A DNA stretch of 49,702 bases from positions 1 through 49,702 of the IMG/VR virus record IMGVR_UViG_3300043765_000026. One strand, given 5' to 3'. The notes beneath the pieces are model-generated. The model did not search any database. It was given only the letters and a program-made list of their open reading frames with translations, and was not told the DNA's origin. The position numbers and the translations under genes were made by a program. Below, piece after piece: positions 18,113 through 27,695 of the stretch. The DNA is from a virus. Its lineage: Duplodnaviria > Caudoviricetes. Each line of letters starts with the position of its first letter. The stretch's first letter is position 1.

Positions 18113-18778
18113 ATGGCGCGGCCGGTTAACCTCACAAAGGCCCTAGCGGCGGCTTCGGCGACTATCGTCGCGGCCTCGCAGGCCGTGACCATCGGCACGC
18201 CGATGACCCTGGCCGCCAACCCGGTAATCCTCGATACGCAGCGGCGGGTGCTGATCACCTATCCCGCCCAGGCCGTGGCGGGCACGGTGCTGGTCATCGG
18301 CACCAACGCCGGCGGCGCGCAGATCAGCGAGACGGTGCCGATCCCGACAACCGGCGCCGGCTCGGTCGCGACGCAACAGGATTTTCAGACCGTTACCAGC
18401 GTTGTCCCGACGGCGGGAGTGAGCGGCGCTGTGTCGGTTGGCACCAACGCGGTCGGCTCGACCCCGTGGGTAATCCTCAACAATCAGCAGAGCGTCTTCA
18501 ATGTCGATGTCGCCGCGGCGCTGACTGGCACCGCGACCTATTCGATCGAGTTTGCGCTGGCGAGCCCCTTGGCGCCGGTTGCGCTGGGTTCGGCGTTGGG
18601 TGGGATCCCGAGCGTGCCGCCGGTGCCGGTGCCGTTCTCGCCGACCGGGTTCAGCGGTCTGACCGCGACGCTCAACCCGACCAACTATACGAACCCGGTG
18701 TCGGCGGTGCGCGCGACGATCACCGCGGGCAATGGATCGGTTGCCGCAACGTTCCTGCAGTCCGGGATCAGAGATTGA
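18113..18778 (+). CDS. Virion structural protein
   Basis: Beta-rich; F.TVT.V..VSVGT, YSIE pattern; coupled to the upstream gene. Confidence 0.65.
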   Translation: MARPVNLTKALAAASATIVAASQAVTIGTPMTLAANPVILDTQRRVLITYPAQAVAGTVLVIGTNAGGAQISETVPIPTTGAGSVATQQDFQTVTSVVPTAGVSGAVSVGTNAVGSTPWVILNNQQSVFNVDVAAALTGTATYSIEFALASPLAPVALGSALGGIPSVPPVPVPFSPTGFSGLTATLNPTNYTNPVSAVRATITAGNGSVAATFLQSGIRD

Positions 18779-18803
18779 GAACCACAGGAAAAACGCGTAA
18801 TTT
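18778..18803 (+). promoter_or_regulatory. Putative promoter motif AGAACCACAGGA-N8-TAATTT
   Basis: 12-mer identical to 8111-8122. Confidence 0.5.
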
Positions 18804-18856
18804 GCGGTAGCCATCGATGAGCCCGATTTGGCTCTGCCCATGTGGAGGTCGAGTAA

Positions 18857-19294
18857 ATGGCATCGAAATTGGAAATGGACCGGCCGCACGATCCCAAGGC
18901 ATTTGGCGGCGGTGTTCGCCGTGGGCGCAGAGCTCGGGGCGGCAAGGCCGGGGTTCACGTCTACAACGCCGAGGGTTCGCCGACGATGGACGAGGTCCAT
19001 GAGGGCGAGAGCGGTTTCGGGCGTGGTGGCAGGAAGAAGCGCCAGTTCGGCGGGATTGCCGGAGGTGGTGCGGAAATGGGCCGGGCCGACAAGATGCCGC
19101 GCGGTCGCCGGGCTCGCGGCGGCAGGCCGCAAGAGGACGAGGACGACGACGGCATGAACCGTGGCGGTCGGGTACGCCGGCGCGAAGGGGGCTCGGTCTA
19201 TTCCGAGGGGTCGGCCATCCACCAGCCCAAGGAGACCAAGGACAGCCGCGGTCACGAGGGGGTCAACGTACCGGACGAACCCGGCCCGGGGTAG
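18857..19294 (+). CDS. Arg/Gly-rich basic protein with x-x-GG repeats; ends in a slippery site
   Basis: SD GGAGG; RARGG, FGRGGR, MNRGGR; 3' end C CCG GGG TAG. Confidence 0.75.
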   Translation: MASKLEMDRPHDPKAFGGGVRRGRRARGGKAGVHVYNAEGSPTMDEVHEGESGFGRGGRKKRQFGGIAGGGAEMGRADKMPRGRRARGGRPQEDEDDDGMNRGGRVRRREGGSVYSEGSAIHQPKETKDSRGHEGVNVPDEPGPG

Positions 19295-19354
19295 GTGCCC
19301 GTAGTCACAGCCGCAGGGCTGCGGGCGGCAGAACGCGGTATGCCGAAGGCGGCT
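19285..19354 (+). other. Putative -1 programmed ribosomal frameshift signal
   Basis: Heptamer CCCGGGG (19285-19291) then TAG; 10-bp stem 19297-19306/19317-19326; loop AGCCGC (19309-19314) complementary to GCGGCT (19349-19354). Confidence 0.65.
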
Positions 19355-20211
19355 CTGACGAGCCCGCCACCGGTGCTACTGCCCGCGCGAATGTGAAGCA
19401 GATCCTTACTGAGCCTGATCCCTATCAATACTATTCGGGGAAAGGCATCGTTAAGCCCGGCGGCGGACCGGCGCGCATGACGTCGCAGGCTCTAGGACAG
19501 GAGCTTGGCGGTCCCGGCAGCCAGATGGGCTGGAAGCGCGGCGGCAGGACCCGGTATCAGGGCGGCGGTGATGTTGTGCCGTACAGCCCGCATCGCTTTG
19601 GTCCGATCGCCGAGGGTCCGCCGCCGGCGAAGATCGGCTTGAACCCGCTGGGTCCGGTCGGGAAATTCCCGGGCATCCAGACCAATAAAGAGCCGGGGAT
19701 GGGGCCGTCCTACGGTGTTGCCGACCCCAACAATCCTCCCAGCGCCGCGAACGAGCGGAAGGTGGGTGGTCGCGCCCGGCGCGCGGGGGGTGGTGGCATT
19801 CCTCCTGGTAGCCCCGCCATCCAGCAAATGCTCAAAAGCCTGACCCCCACGCAAATGGACGCGGTGATGCGGGCGGGGCGCAGCACGGAGATCCCGGCCG
19901 AGTACATGGGGAAAGGCAGCGGCGACTACCCGGAGAACTGGAACGAAGAGGTCGGCTTCGGCGCTCCCGGCAGCAAGAAGTCGGGCGGGCGCCTCTCCGC
20001 GGCGGATCGCCGCTCGCTGCCCAGTTCGGACTTCGCCTTGCCTGGCAAGGGCGAAGGGCCGGAAGGTAAGGGATCGGGCTCCTACCCGATCAATGACGAG
20101 AGCCACGCGCGCAATGCGCTCTCCCGCGTCTCGCAGCATGGCACGTCCGCCGAGAAGGCACAGGTGCGCGCCGCCGTTCACCGGAAGTATCCCGGCATCG
20201 GCCAAAGCTAA
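19291..20211 (+). CDS. -1 frame extension of the 18857 protein (track start GTG 19393); x-x-GG repeats and C-terminal RRSLPSSDFALPG...YPINDESHARNALSRV domain
   Basis: Frame is open from 19003; the family motif RRAAGGRTRYAEGG is encoded upstream of the first possible start codon. Confidence 0.7.
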   Translation, partial: VGARSHSRRAAGGRTRYAEGGSDEPATGATARANVKQILTEPDPYQYYSGKGIVKPGGGPARMTSQALGQELGGPGSQMGWKRGGRTRYQGGGDVVPYSPHRFGPIAEGPPPAKIGLNPLGPVGKFPGIQTNKEPGMGPSYGVADPNNPPSAANERKVGGRARRAGGGGIPPGSPAIQQMLKSLTPTQMDAVMRAGRSTEIPAEYMGKGSGDYPENWNEEVGFGAPGSKKSGGRLSAADRRSLPSSDFALPGKGEGPEGKGSGSYPINDESHARNALSRVSQHGTSAEKAQVRAAVHRKYPGIGQS

Positions 20212-20224
20212 CGGAGGGGTCTAG

Positions 20225-21562
20225 ATGGCCGCTCCTGTTCCCCTCCCGGCCGACCCGGGTCTGGTGCCGAATGATCCCCGGTCCAGCGCCACCTACAGCT
20301 ACAACCCGACCGGCTCGGAAATGGTGCTCGAGGCGTTCAGCCGCATCCAGATGCGCGCCCGCGAGCTCGACAGCCAGCACATCATCGAGGCCCGGCGCTC
20401 ACTCAATCTGATGTTTGCGCACTTGCCGAACCGCGGCCCCTCGCTGTGGCTGATCGGCGACCAGCCGCTCGTCATCCCCAACATACCGGGGCAGTCGACC
20501 TACCCGCTCCCCAGCAACACCGTCGACATCTACGACGCCTGGCGGCGCAGCTACACCCCGGACGCCAATTACCAGGCGATCGGCTACGCCCCATTGATCC
20601 CGATGACCGCCAACGGCAGGGTCATGGTGACCGGCACCGGCTCGGTGATGGTCCTGGGGCCGGGCTCGGGCACGCTCTCGTCGGTGGCCGGCAGCACCGA
20701 AGTGACCTTGCACTGGCAATCGCACGGGTTGCGCGTCGGCTCGCCGCTCTTCTGGCAGAACTGGACCGAAATCGGCGGCTTCGTGCTCAGCAACTTCAAC
20801 GTCGTCGACCAGGTCATCGACCAGAACACGGTGACTTTCCAGGTGTCGGCGCCGGTGCCGGAGACGAGCACCCTGCAGGGCGGCACCGGCTGCATCCAGA
20901 CCAGCGCCGGCTCCTCGCTGGTCGACATCATCCTGCCGGGTCACGGCCTCTCGGTCGGCGACATGTTCCCGATCAACACGCCGACGACGGTTGCCGGCTT
21001 CACCATCCCTGTCGGCCTCTACCCGGTGACCGGGGTGGTCAACGGCTATGATTTCCAGATCGAGCCGCAGTCCGGCTACGCCTATTCGACCGATGCCGGC
21101 TTTATCGCCGACGGTCAGGTGTGGGTGACGAGCCAGGCCGGCAACTCGCAGTGGGTCGACATCTTTCTGTGGCCGATGTCGCGCACCGACTATTCGATGC
21201 TGCCCGACAAGATGGATATCGGTTTCGAGACGCAATACTGGTTTAACCGGACGATCAACCCCAGCGTCACCTTGTGGCCGGTGCCGCCGCCGGTCACCGC
21301 CAACCAGTACAACGCCTTCATGTGCTACCGGATGCGGCGGGTGATGGACTTCAACCCGCAATCCGGTCAGGTCAGCGATCTGCCCAGCCGCATGTGGGAC
21401 TGGGGCGCTGCCGAGCTCTGCGCGCGGATGGCGGAGAAGTTCAAGCCGATGCTGCACCAGGTAAAGCTGCAGCTGGCAACGGTCGCCTGGCAGGAGGCGT
21501 CGGCCGAGGACCGCGAGAAGGTGGCGGCTTATGTCGCACCGCAGATCGGAGTGTATTTCTGA
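20225..21562 (+). CDS. Head-tail adaptor-like protein with inserted beta-rich domains
   Basis: N-terminal EAFSRI..ARRSLNLMF..NRG.SLW and C-terminal MSRTDY..LPDK..QYWFNR..LWPVP..EDRE, separated by two HGL.VG repeats. Confidence 0.7.
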   Translation: MAAPVPLPADPGLVPNDPRSSATYSYNPTGSEMVLEAFSRIQMRARELDSQHIIEARRSLNLMFAHLPNRGPSLWLIGDQPLVIPNIPGQSTYPLPSNTVDIYDAWRRSYTPDANYQAIGYAPLIPMTANGRVMVTGTGSVMVLGPGSGTLSSVAGSTEVTLHWQSHGLRVGSPLFWQNWTEIGGFVLSNFNVVDQVIDQNTVTFQVSAPVPETSTLQGGTGCIQTSAGSSLVDIILPGHGLSVGDMFPINTPTTVAGFTIPVGLYPVTGVVNGYDFQIEPQSGYAYSTDAGFIADGQVWVTSQAGNSQWVDIFLWPMSRTDYSMLPDKMDIGFETQYWFNRTINPSVTLWPVPPPVTANQYNAFMCYRMRRVMDFNPQSGQVSDLPSRMWDWGAAELCARMAEKFKPMLHQVKLQLATVAWQEASAEDREKVAAYVAPQIGVYF

Positions 21563-21996
21563 TGGCCTGGCCGCACGATCTCCACTGCCCGACCGATGTC
21601 AGCGCGCCGCAGCCGGTGGGCTGGTGCGACCGCTGTTACCAGAAATACTATCTGAACGACCTCAACTGGCAGTACGACATCCGCGGCGACAGCCTGACCA
21701 ATATCGGTCTGCGGGTCTGCCCCAAGTGCTACGACGAGCCGAACGAGGTCCTGCGCCCGGTTGAGATCCGCGGCCCCGAAGGGGTGGTGCGCGACCCGCG
21801 CCCGCCTTACTACGCTGCCAACTTCCTCGGGGGCGAGCCGCCGATCGCCTATTTCGTCCCGCCCGGCATGCCGGATCCCGGGGCGATCCCCGAGGACATG
21901 TTCAATCCGGGGGTCGAAGGCACCGGGCCGGCGCCGGGCAACGCGCTGGGCACCGGCACCGGGCCGGGCGACCTGTTGGGTGTGAAGGGGCCATAA
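21562..21996 (+). CDS. Conserved CxxC...CxxC protein of the tail module
   Basis: TGATG overlap; CDRC...GLRVCPKCYD.P...DPRP. Confidence 0.7.
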   Translation: MAWPHDLHCPTDVSAPQPVGWCDRCYQKYYLNDLNWQYDIRGDSLTNIGLRVCPKCYDEPNEVLRPVEIRGPEGVVRDPRPPYYAANFLGGEPPIAYFVPPGMPDPGAIPEDMFNPGVEGTGPAPGNALGTGTGPGDLLGVKGP

Positions 21997-22000
21997 CGCC

Positions 22001-23761
22001 ATGCCGGTTCCCGGACAAACCGCCGCCGGCTATCCCGGCCAGACCACGGTCGCCGCCGGCAACGTCGTCTATATGAGCGAGTTGCGGGTGGCGGCGACAC
22101 CGTCGGGCACCGACAGCTTCGCCGTCTGCCAGAACCCCAACGGCTGCGGCCCGACCGATGCGCTGGCGCGGATGTCGCTGTTGCAGGTTAGCGACTACAT
22201 CCTGCCGATCGCCGGGCAATACTATTTCCCCTTGACCGGCGGGGTGATCGCGGGGCCGCTGACCGTCCAGGGGGTGACGACGCTCGGGGTCGCGACGGCG
22301 ACCGAGCCGGGGATCGCCGACAGTTCCGACGCGATCGCGACGACCAACTGGGTCAAGGCGCAGGGCTACGGCTCGGGCACCGGCTCGGGTTCGGTCACCG
22401 CGATCGTCGCCGGCAATGGTCTGACCGGCGGCACGATCACCACCACGGGCACGATCTCGCTGGCGGTGCCGGTCAGCGTCGCTAATGGCGGCACCGGCTC
22501 CGGCACTCCCTCGGTGGCGCTGCAGAACCTGGGCGCGGCCCCGCTCCTCAGTCCGGCCTTTACCGGCTCGCCGACGACACCGACCCCCGGCTCGCCGGCG
22601 CTTGCCAACGATCTCATCCCCAACACGCTGTGGGTGCATGAGGCGATCGCCAACGACATCCCGCTGCCGGTCGCGGTCGCGATGGGCGGCACCGGCACGA
22701 CGACCCCGGCGCAGGCGGTGATCAATCTGGGCGCCGCGCCGATCGTGTCGCCGGCCCTGACTGGTAGCCCCACCGCGCCGACCCCGGCCACTGCCGACAA
22801 CTCGACCGCGATCTCGACGACGGCCTTTGTCAAGAACCAGGGCTACGCGACGCTGCCTTACGTCCAGGGCACCTACCTGCCGATTGCCGGCGGCACTATC
22901 ACGGGCTCGCTGGTCGTCAATGGCAACTGCATCGGCCAAAACAGCGTGCAGTCGAACGGCGTCTACTTCCAGAACAACTCGGGCTACTTCTACACCCCGC
23001 AATCCTTCCTCTCCGGCGGCAATGTCGTCGCCCAGAGCGTGGTCTACGCGGGCGGGACCGGGGGCGTCTATTTTCAAAACAACGGCGGCTGGTTTTATAC
23101 GCCGTGGAGTTTCCAGACCAACGGCAATCTGCAGGCCAACGGCGGTTCGCTGAACCTCGCCGGCGTCACGGTATGGAACAATAACGGCTGGTTCTACAGC
23201 GCCAGCGGCTTCCAGTGCGGCAACATCCAGAACAACGGGAGCTCGCAGGTCAACGGCAACATCAACTGCAATAACCAGATCAGTTCCAACACGATGACTA
23301 CCAACGGCATCACCGTCAACGGCAATGTCAACTGCAACGGCGTAGGTTACTTCCAGGCCGGCGGCACCTTCATCCAGGTGGAAAATGACGCGATCTTTCC
23401 GTTCGCCGACGATTGGGGGCAGGTCGGTTTCGGCGGCAGGACGTTTGTGGCGATGGCGGCTTACGGCTTCAACAACCCGTCGGATCCACGCTTGAAGCAG
23501 GACATCGCCCAGGCACCAGCTGGCGCCCTCGCCAAGGTCTGCGCCATTCCCGTCATCAACTATCACCTCAAGACGAGGCCCGACGAGCCGCTACGCACCG
23601 GCTTCGATGCGAGCCATGCCGCGCAATACCTCGGCGCAACGGTCCACGTTGGCGAGGACGAGAACAAGACGCTGTCGCTCAACTTGCTGGAAATGACCGC
23701 CTGGCTCTGGCAGGCGGTGCAGGAACTGACGGCCAAGGTCGAATTGCTGGAGGCGAAATGA
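22001..23761 (+). CDS. Tail fibre/spike with C-terminal intramolecular chaperone (peptidase S74-like)
   Basis: V.VANGGTG/APL.SPA.TG.PT.PT fibre repeats x2; YFQNN.G.FY repeats; SDPRLKQDI autocleavage motif; LWQAVQEL..KVE coiled coil. Confidence 0.85.
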   Translation: MPVPGQTAAGYPGQTTVAAGNVVYMSELRVAATPSGTDSFAVCQNPNGCGPTDALARMSLLQVSDYILPIAGQYYFPLTGGVIAGPLTVQGVTTLGVATATEPGIADSSDAIATTNWVKAQGYGSGTGSGSVTAIVAGNGLTGGTITTTGTISLAVPVSVANGGTGSGTPSVALQNLGAAPLLSPAFTGSPTTPTPGSPALANDLIPNTLWVHEAIANDIPLPVAVAMGGTGTTTPAQAVINLGAAPIVSPALTGSPTAPTPATADNSTAISTTAFVKNQGYATLPYVQGTYLPIAGGTITGSLVVNGNCIGQNSVQSNGVYFQNNSGYFYTPQSFLSGGNVVAQSVVYAGGTGGVYFQNNGGWFYTPWSFQTNGNLQANGGSLNLAGVTVWNNNGWFYSASGFQCGNIQNNGSSQVNGNINCNNQISSNTMTTNGITVNGNVNCNGVGYFQAGGTFIQVENDAIFPFADDWGQVGFGGRTFVAMAAYGFNNPSDPRLKQDIAQAPAGALAKVCAIPVINYHLKTRPDEPLRTGFDASHAAQYLGATVHVGEDENKTLSLNLLEMTAWLWQAVQELTAKVELLEAK

Positions 23762-25320
23762 CGATGCGACGCTGTCTGTGGCCGCTGCTGTTCGCGCTGG
23801 GGCTCGCCTTCGGCGGGCAGGAAGCGCTGGCCGCATCGACCATCAACTCGCTGCCGCCGATCACCTCCTCGCCCGGCGTCTTCCCGCTGCCGGATCCCGG
23901 TTGCACCGCGACCGCGACATCGAACTACTGGATCAGCCAGGGTAACGGGCAGTACGCCGACTTCCGCATCGACCCGCTGCGCGCCGGCTACATCTTTCAA
24001 GGCAACACCGCACCCTCGTGCCCCTTCCAGAACCAACTGTGGTGGAACACCTCGACCGCGGTGAATGCGCTCGAGGTCTATGTCGCCGGCACCTGGGCGC
24101 CGATCGCCTGGCTCGACACGACCAATGCCTTGTGGATACCACCCATCGGCGGCGGCCCGGTGGCGACGATCCCGGCGGCGGGCACGACCGATCTGTGCTC
24201 TTCCGGGGCGACGCCGAACTCGATCGTCAATGTCAGCGGCTCGGGCACCGGCTCGGTCGCCAGCTTTGGCTCTTCCTGTCTGAAGGGCGCTATCAAGTAC
24301 GTCAACTGGGTCGGCACGCCGCCGCCGGCGGTCGTCAATTCGGGGAGCCTCATCATCCCCGGCGGGGCCAACGTCAGCCCGCAGCACAACGACGTGTGGA
24401 CGGTCGCCTATCTGGGGTCGGGCACCTGGCAGGTTTACGGTATCACCGCGGCGCTAGGCGGCACCGGGGTTTCGAGCTTCAACGGCCGGGTCGGCACGGT
24501 GGTGCCGCAGACCGGCGACTACAACTTCAACCAGATTTCCGGCGTGGTCCCGCCGACGGCGGTGCCGGCGGTCAGCGCGCCGACCTACCGCAACCTCAAG
24601 GCCAGCCTGACGACCACCAACACCTCGATCCAGGTCCTCGCCGACGCGGTCGTGGTCACGTCGGCATTATCGGGCGGCAGTCCGACCTATATCGGCAATT
24701 ACAATCAGACCTTTAACGGCATCAATGTCGGCCCCGGCGGGATGGATGTCGGGGCGATGCCGGCCAATGGCTGGCTGGCGCTCTACGCGATCTACAACCC
24801 GACGACGCAGACCGCCTCGATCCTGGGCTACAATTGCGCGACGGCATGCGGCACGATCTACGCCGGCGCCAACATGCCGGCGGGGTACACGCAGTCCGCC
24901 TTGCTGACGACCTTGAAGACCAACGCTTCGTCGTCGCTGGTGCCGACCTACGTCCGAGACAAAAAGGTCTGGACGCAGAACGCCGTGGCGATCTCGACCA
25001 ACATCAACATCGCCACCGCCAGCGCCGTGTCGCTTGCGTCCAGCGTCCCGCCCAACGCGGTGTCGTTCACCGGCTGGTATCAGTTGACCTGCGGCACGAC
25101 GCCTGGTGCCGTGACGACGTCCATCAATCTCTACGCCGACGCATCGAACGGGGTGGCGAGCGCCGCCGCGGCAAACTGCGCCAGCGTCAACGGCGCCACA
25201 TTCGACGGGTACATCCCCGAATATCCGATGGGCGCGAACCAGACCCTCTACTGGACCGCGACGGTCGCCGGCACCTCGCCGACCGTCTCGGTCAACATCA
25301 ACGGCTACACCGTCCCATGA
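23758..25320 (+). CDS. Tail-fibre-like protein with N-terminal signal-peptide-like sequence
   Basis: ATGA overlap; MRRCLWPLLFALGLAFGGQEALAA; VSSFNGR.G.V; GGMDVG..P.NGW.ALYAIYNP..NMPAGYT.SAL. Confidence 0.7.
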   Translation: MTMRRCLWPLLFALGLAFGGQEALAASTINSLPPITSSPGVFPLPDPGCTATATSNYWISQGNGQYADFRIDPLRAGYIFQGNTAPSCPFQNQLWWNTSTAVNALEVYVAGTWAPIAWLDTTNALWIPPIGGGPVATIPAAGTTDLCSSGATPNSIVNVSGSGTGSVASFGSSCLKGAIKYVNWVGTPPPAVVNSGSLIIPGGANVSPQHNDVWTVAYLGSGTWQVYGITAALGGTGVSSFNGRVGTVVPQTGDYNFNQISGVVPPTAVPAVSAPTYRNLKASLTTTNTSIQVLADAVVVTSALSGGSPTYIGNYNQTFNGINVGPGGMDVGAMPANGWLALYAIYNPTTQTASILGYNCATACGTIYAGANMPAGYTQSALLTTLKTNASSSLVPTYVRDKKVWTQNAVAISTNINIATASAVSLASSVPPNAVSFTGWYQLTCGTTPGAVTTSINLYADASNGVASAAAANCASVNGATFDGYIPEYPMGANQTLYWTATVAGTSPTVSVNINGYTVP

Positions 25321-26180
25321 TCTGGTCGGATTACTACAACGCGCTCATCACCATGCTGCAGGTCGCTGACCCGAGCGGTCAGACGAACTTCAACATCATC
25401 CTGCGGCGGCTGATCGACGACGCCGAACTGATGATCTTCCGCCACCCCAAGCTCGACTTCCTGGCGACGCGGACTTCCGACCGCACCCAGCAGACGACCG
25501 CCGGCATGCGTACCGTGCCGATCCCCAGCCCGTTTATCATCATCGAGGACATGACCCTCATCACCCCGACCGGCACCCAGCCGCACACGATGGGGGCCAG
25601 TCGGGTGCCGCTCCTGCGGGTCGAGCGGGCGTTTCTCGACATGGTCTGGCCGCAGGAGACGCTGACCCAGGCGCCGGTGCCGTTTGAGACGTATTACGCG
25701 ATCTTCGACATGCAGCAGGCGCAGTCGCCGGCGCCGCTGCCGCAGGAGCCGATCGCCGGGATTGCGCTCAACAACTCGCGGGCGCTGGTCGCGCCGACCC
25801 CCGATGCGAACTATGTCGTCGAGTACCAGGGCACCTACCGGCCCGCCCGGTTCTACGACGTGGCCGGGTTCGACCCCGGCAACCCGGTCGGCCAGCAATA
25901 CGCCAACAACCCGCAGGCGACGACCTTCCTGTCGACATGGATGCCCGACCTGTTATTGAGCGCCAGCATGGTGTTCGGCACCGCCTACCAGAAGAACTGG
26001 TCGGCGATGGGTGACGATCCGCGTCAGGCGCTCAGTTGGATGAAGCACTTCAACGACCAGATCATGGTCGTGAGCTCGGAAGAGTTCCGCAAGAAGATGA
26101 TGGGGTGGAACTGGACGGTCTACCCGATGCCGGATGCGGCGGCGATGGAAATGCCGCCGGCGCCGCCACAGGCCGCGTAA
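25317..26180 (+). CDS. Tail adaptor/tubular protein A-like
   Basis: ATGA overlap; I..AE..I.R, VAPTPDANY.VE, TTFLS...PDLLL; precedes the nozzle gene. Confidence 0.7.
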   Translation: MIWSDYYNALITMLQVADPSGQTNFNIILRRLIDDAELMIFRHPKLDFLATRTSDRTQQTTAGMRTVPIPSPFIIIEDMTLITPTGTQPHTMGASRVPLLRVERAFLDMVWPQETLTQAPVPFETYYAIFDMQQAQSPAPLPQEPIAGIALNNSRALVAPTPDANYVVEYQGTYRPARFYDVAGFDPGNPVGQQYANNPQATTFLSTWMPDLLLSASMVFGTAYQKNWSAMGDDPRQALSWMKHFNDQIMVVSSEEFRKKMMGWNWTVYPMPDAAAMEMPPAPPQAA

Positions 26181-27695
26181 ATGCTGCGGCTCTCGTTTCA
26201 GCCGGGGGTCGACACCACCCGCTCGCGCACGACGATGCGCGGCGGCTTCACCGAGAGCAACCTGGTGCGGGCGCGCGAAGGGCTCTACGAGAAGCACCTG
26301 GGCTGGCACCGCATCGCCCCCAACCCGTTGTCGGGGGTCGCCCGCGGCATCCATTTCTGGACCGATCTGTCGGGCGTCGACTGGCTGGCGGTGGGCACCA
26401 ACACCTCGCTCTACGCGCTGCAGATGACCCCCTACCCGATGGTGCAGTCGAACATCACCCCGGCGGGGTGGCAGGGTGGCGCGGCCGATGCGGTGCTGGC
26501 GCAGCCCAACACGCCGCTCATCTGGTCGCTCGACAATTTCGGCCAGAACCTCCTGGGGTGGCCCTCCGGTGGCGGGATGTATGTGTGGACCCCCAGCGTG
26601 CCGCCGATCCTGCCGACCCTGCAGACGACGGCGCCGTCCTCCAATCATGGCGGGTTTGTGGCGATGCCGCAGCAGATCGCTGTCGGGCTCGGCTGTACCC
26701 CCTTCACCGGCGGCAACGCCGATCCGATGCTGGTCCGTTGGTCGGACATCCAGGACTACACCGACTGGTCGCCGACCGTCTCCAACCAGGCCGGCTCCTT
26801 CCGCCTGTCGCGTGGGAGCCGGATCGTCGGCGGGATCTCGACCTCGCTGGGGCAGTTCCTGTGGACCGACCTCGATATGTGGGCGATGCAGTACCAGGGG
26901 TTTCCCCTGGTCTACGGCTTCAACATGATCGGCCCGAACTCGGGGCTGATGGGCCGCAACGCGGTCGTTAATGTCGGCAACATGATCGCCTGGGCTTCCG
27001 ATCACGGCTTCTTTGCCTTCTCCGGCGGAGCGCCCTCGCCGATCCCCTGCACGGTGTGGGACACCTTCTTCGCCAACATCAACGAACAGCAGCAGTCGAA
27101 GGTGGTCGCCGGCTCCGACCAGCACCACAACGAGATCTACTGGTTCTATCCCTCGGTCAACGGCGGCTCGGGTGAGATCGACAGCTACGTCAAATGGAAC
27201 TACGTCGAGAACCTCTGGGACTTCGGGCCGGCGACGCCTGGTGCGCCGAACCTGATGGCGCGCACGTGCTGGACCGACCAGAACCGCCCGGGCGGGCCGG
27301 TCAATGTCGATCTCAACAATCTCATCCAGCAGCAGGATCGCGGCTGCGACGCCGACGGGCGCACGATGACCGGGGTGAAACTGACCTCCGGCTTTCTCGA
27401 CATCGTCGACGGCGAGGAGTTCGCCTTTGTCGACATGCTGCTCCCGGATTTCCAGTGGCACCAGTCGACCTCGCCCAACCCCAGTCTGCAGATGAACGTG
27501 CTCTTCCGCAGCTGGTCGGGCGACCAACCGACGATCAGCCAACTGGGGCCGTTCACCATCACCCCCTCGACCGAGTACGTGACCTGCCGCTCACGCGGGC
27601 GTGAGATCGCGGTGCAGATCATCTGCAACACCCCGGGCACCTGGTTCCGCATGGGGACGATCCGCATCCGGCAATCCAGGGATGGGAAGATCTGA
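26181..27695 (+). CDS. Tail nozzle/tubular protein B-like (P22 gp10-like role)
   Basis: WSLDNFG, DPMLVRWSD, NQAGSFRL, LWTD, EIYWFYPS, DSYVKWNY.E..W, R.RGR, WFRMG; beta-propeller-type sequence. Confidence 0.75.
   Translation: MLRLSFQPGVDTTRSRTTMRGGFTESNLVRAREGLYEKHLGWHRIAPNPLSGVARGIHFWTDLSGVDWLAVGTNTSLYALQMTPYPMVQSNITPAGWQGGAADAVLAQPNTPLIWSLDNFGQNLLGWPSGGGMYVWTPSVPPILPTLQTTAPSSNHGGFVAMPQQIAVGLGCTPFTGGNADPMLVRWSDIQDYTDWSPTVSNQAGSFRLSRGSRIVGGISTSLGQFLWTDLDMWAMQYQGFPLVYGFNMIGPNSGLMGRNAVVNVGNMIAWASDHGFFAFSGGAPSPIPCTVWDTFFANINEQQQSKVVAGSDQHHNEIYWFYPSVNGGSGEIDSYVKWNYVENLWDFGPATPGAPNLMARTCWTDQNRPGGPVNVDLNNLIQQQDRGCDADGRTMTGVKLTSGFLDIVDGEEFAFVDMLLPDFQWHQSTSPNPSLQMNVLFRSWSGDQPTISQLGPFTITPSTEYVTCRSRGREIAVQIICNTPGTWFRMGTIRIRQSRDGKI

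Noticed and set aside
19265-19294. NVPDEPGPG resembling a 2A/StopGo peptide
   Set aside because: Does not match D(V/I)ExNPGP, and 2A skipping is a eukaryotic ribosome phenomenon; the -1 slip explains the site better
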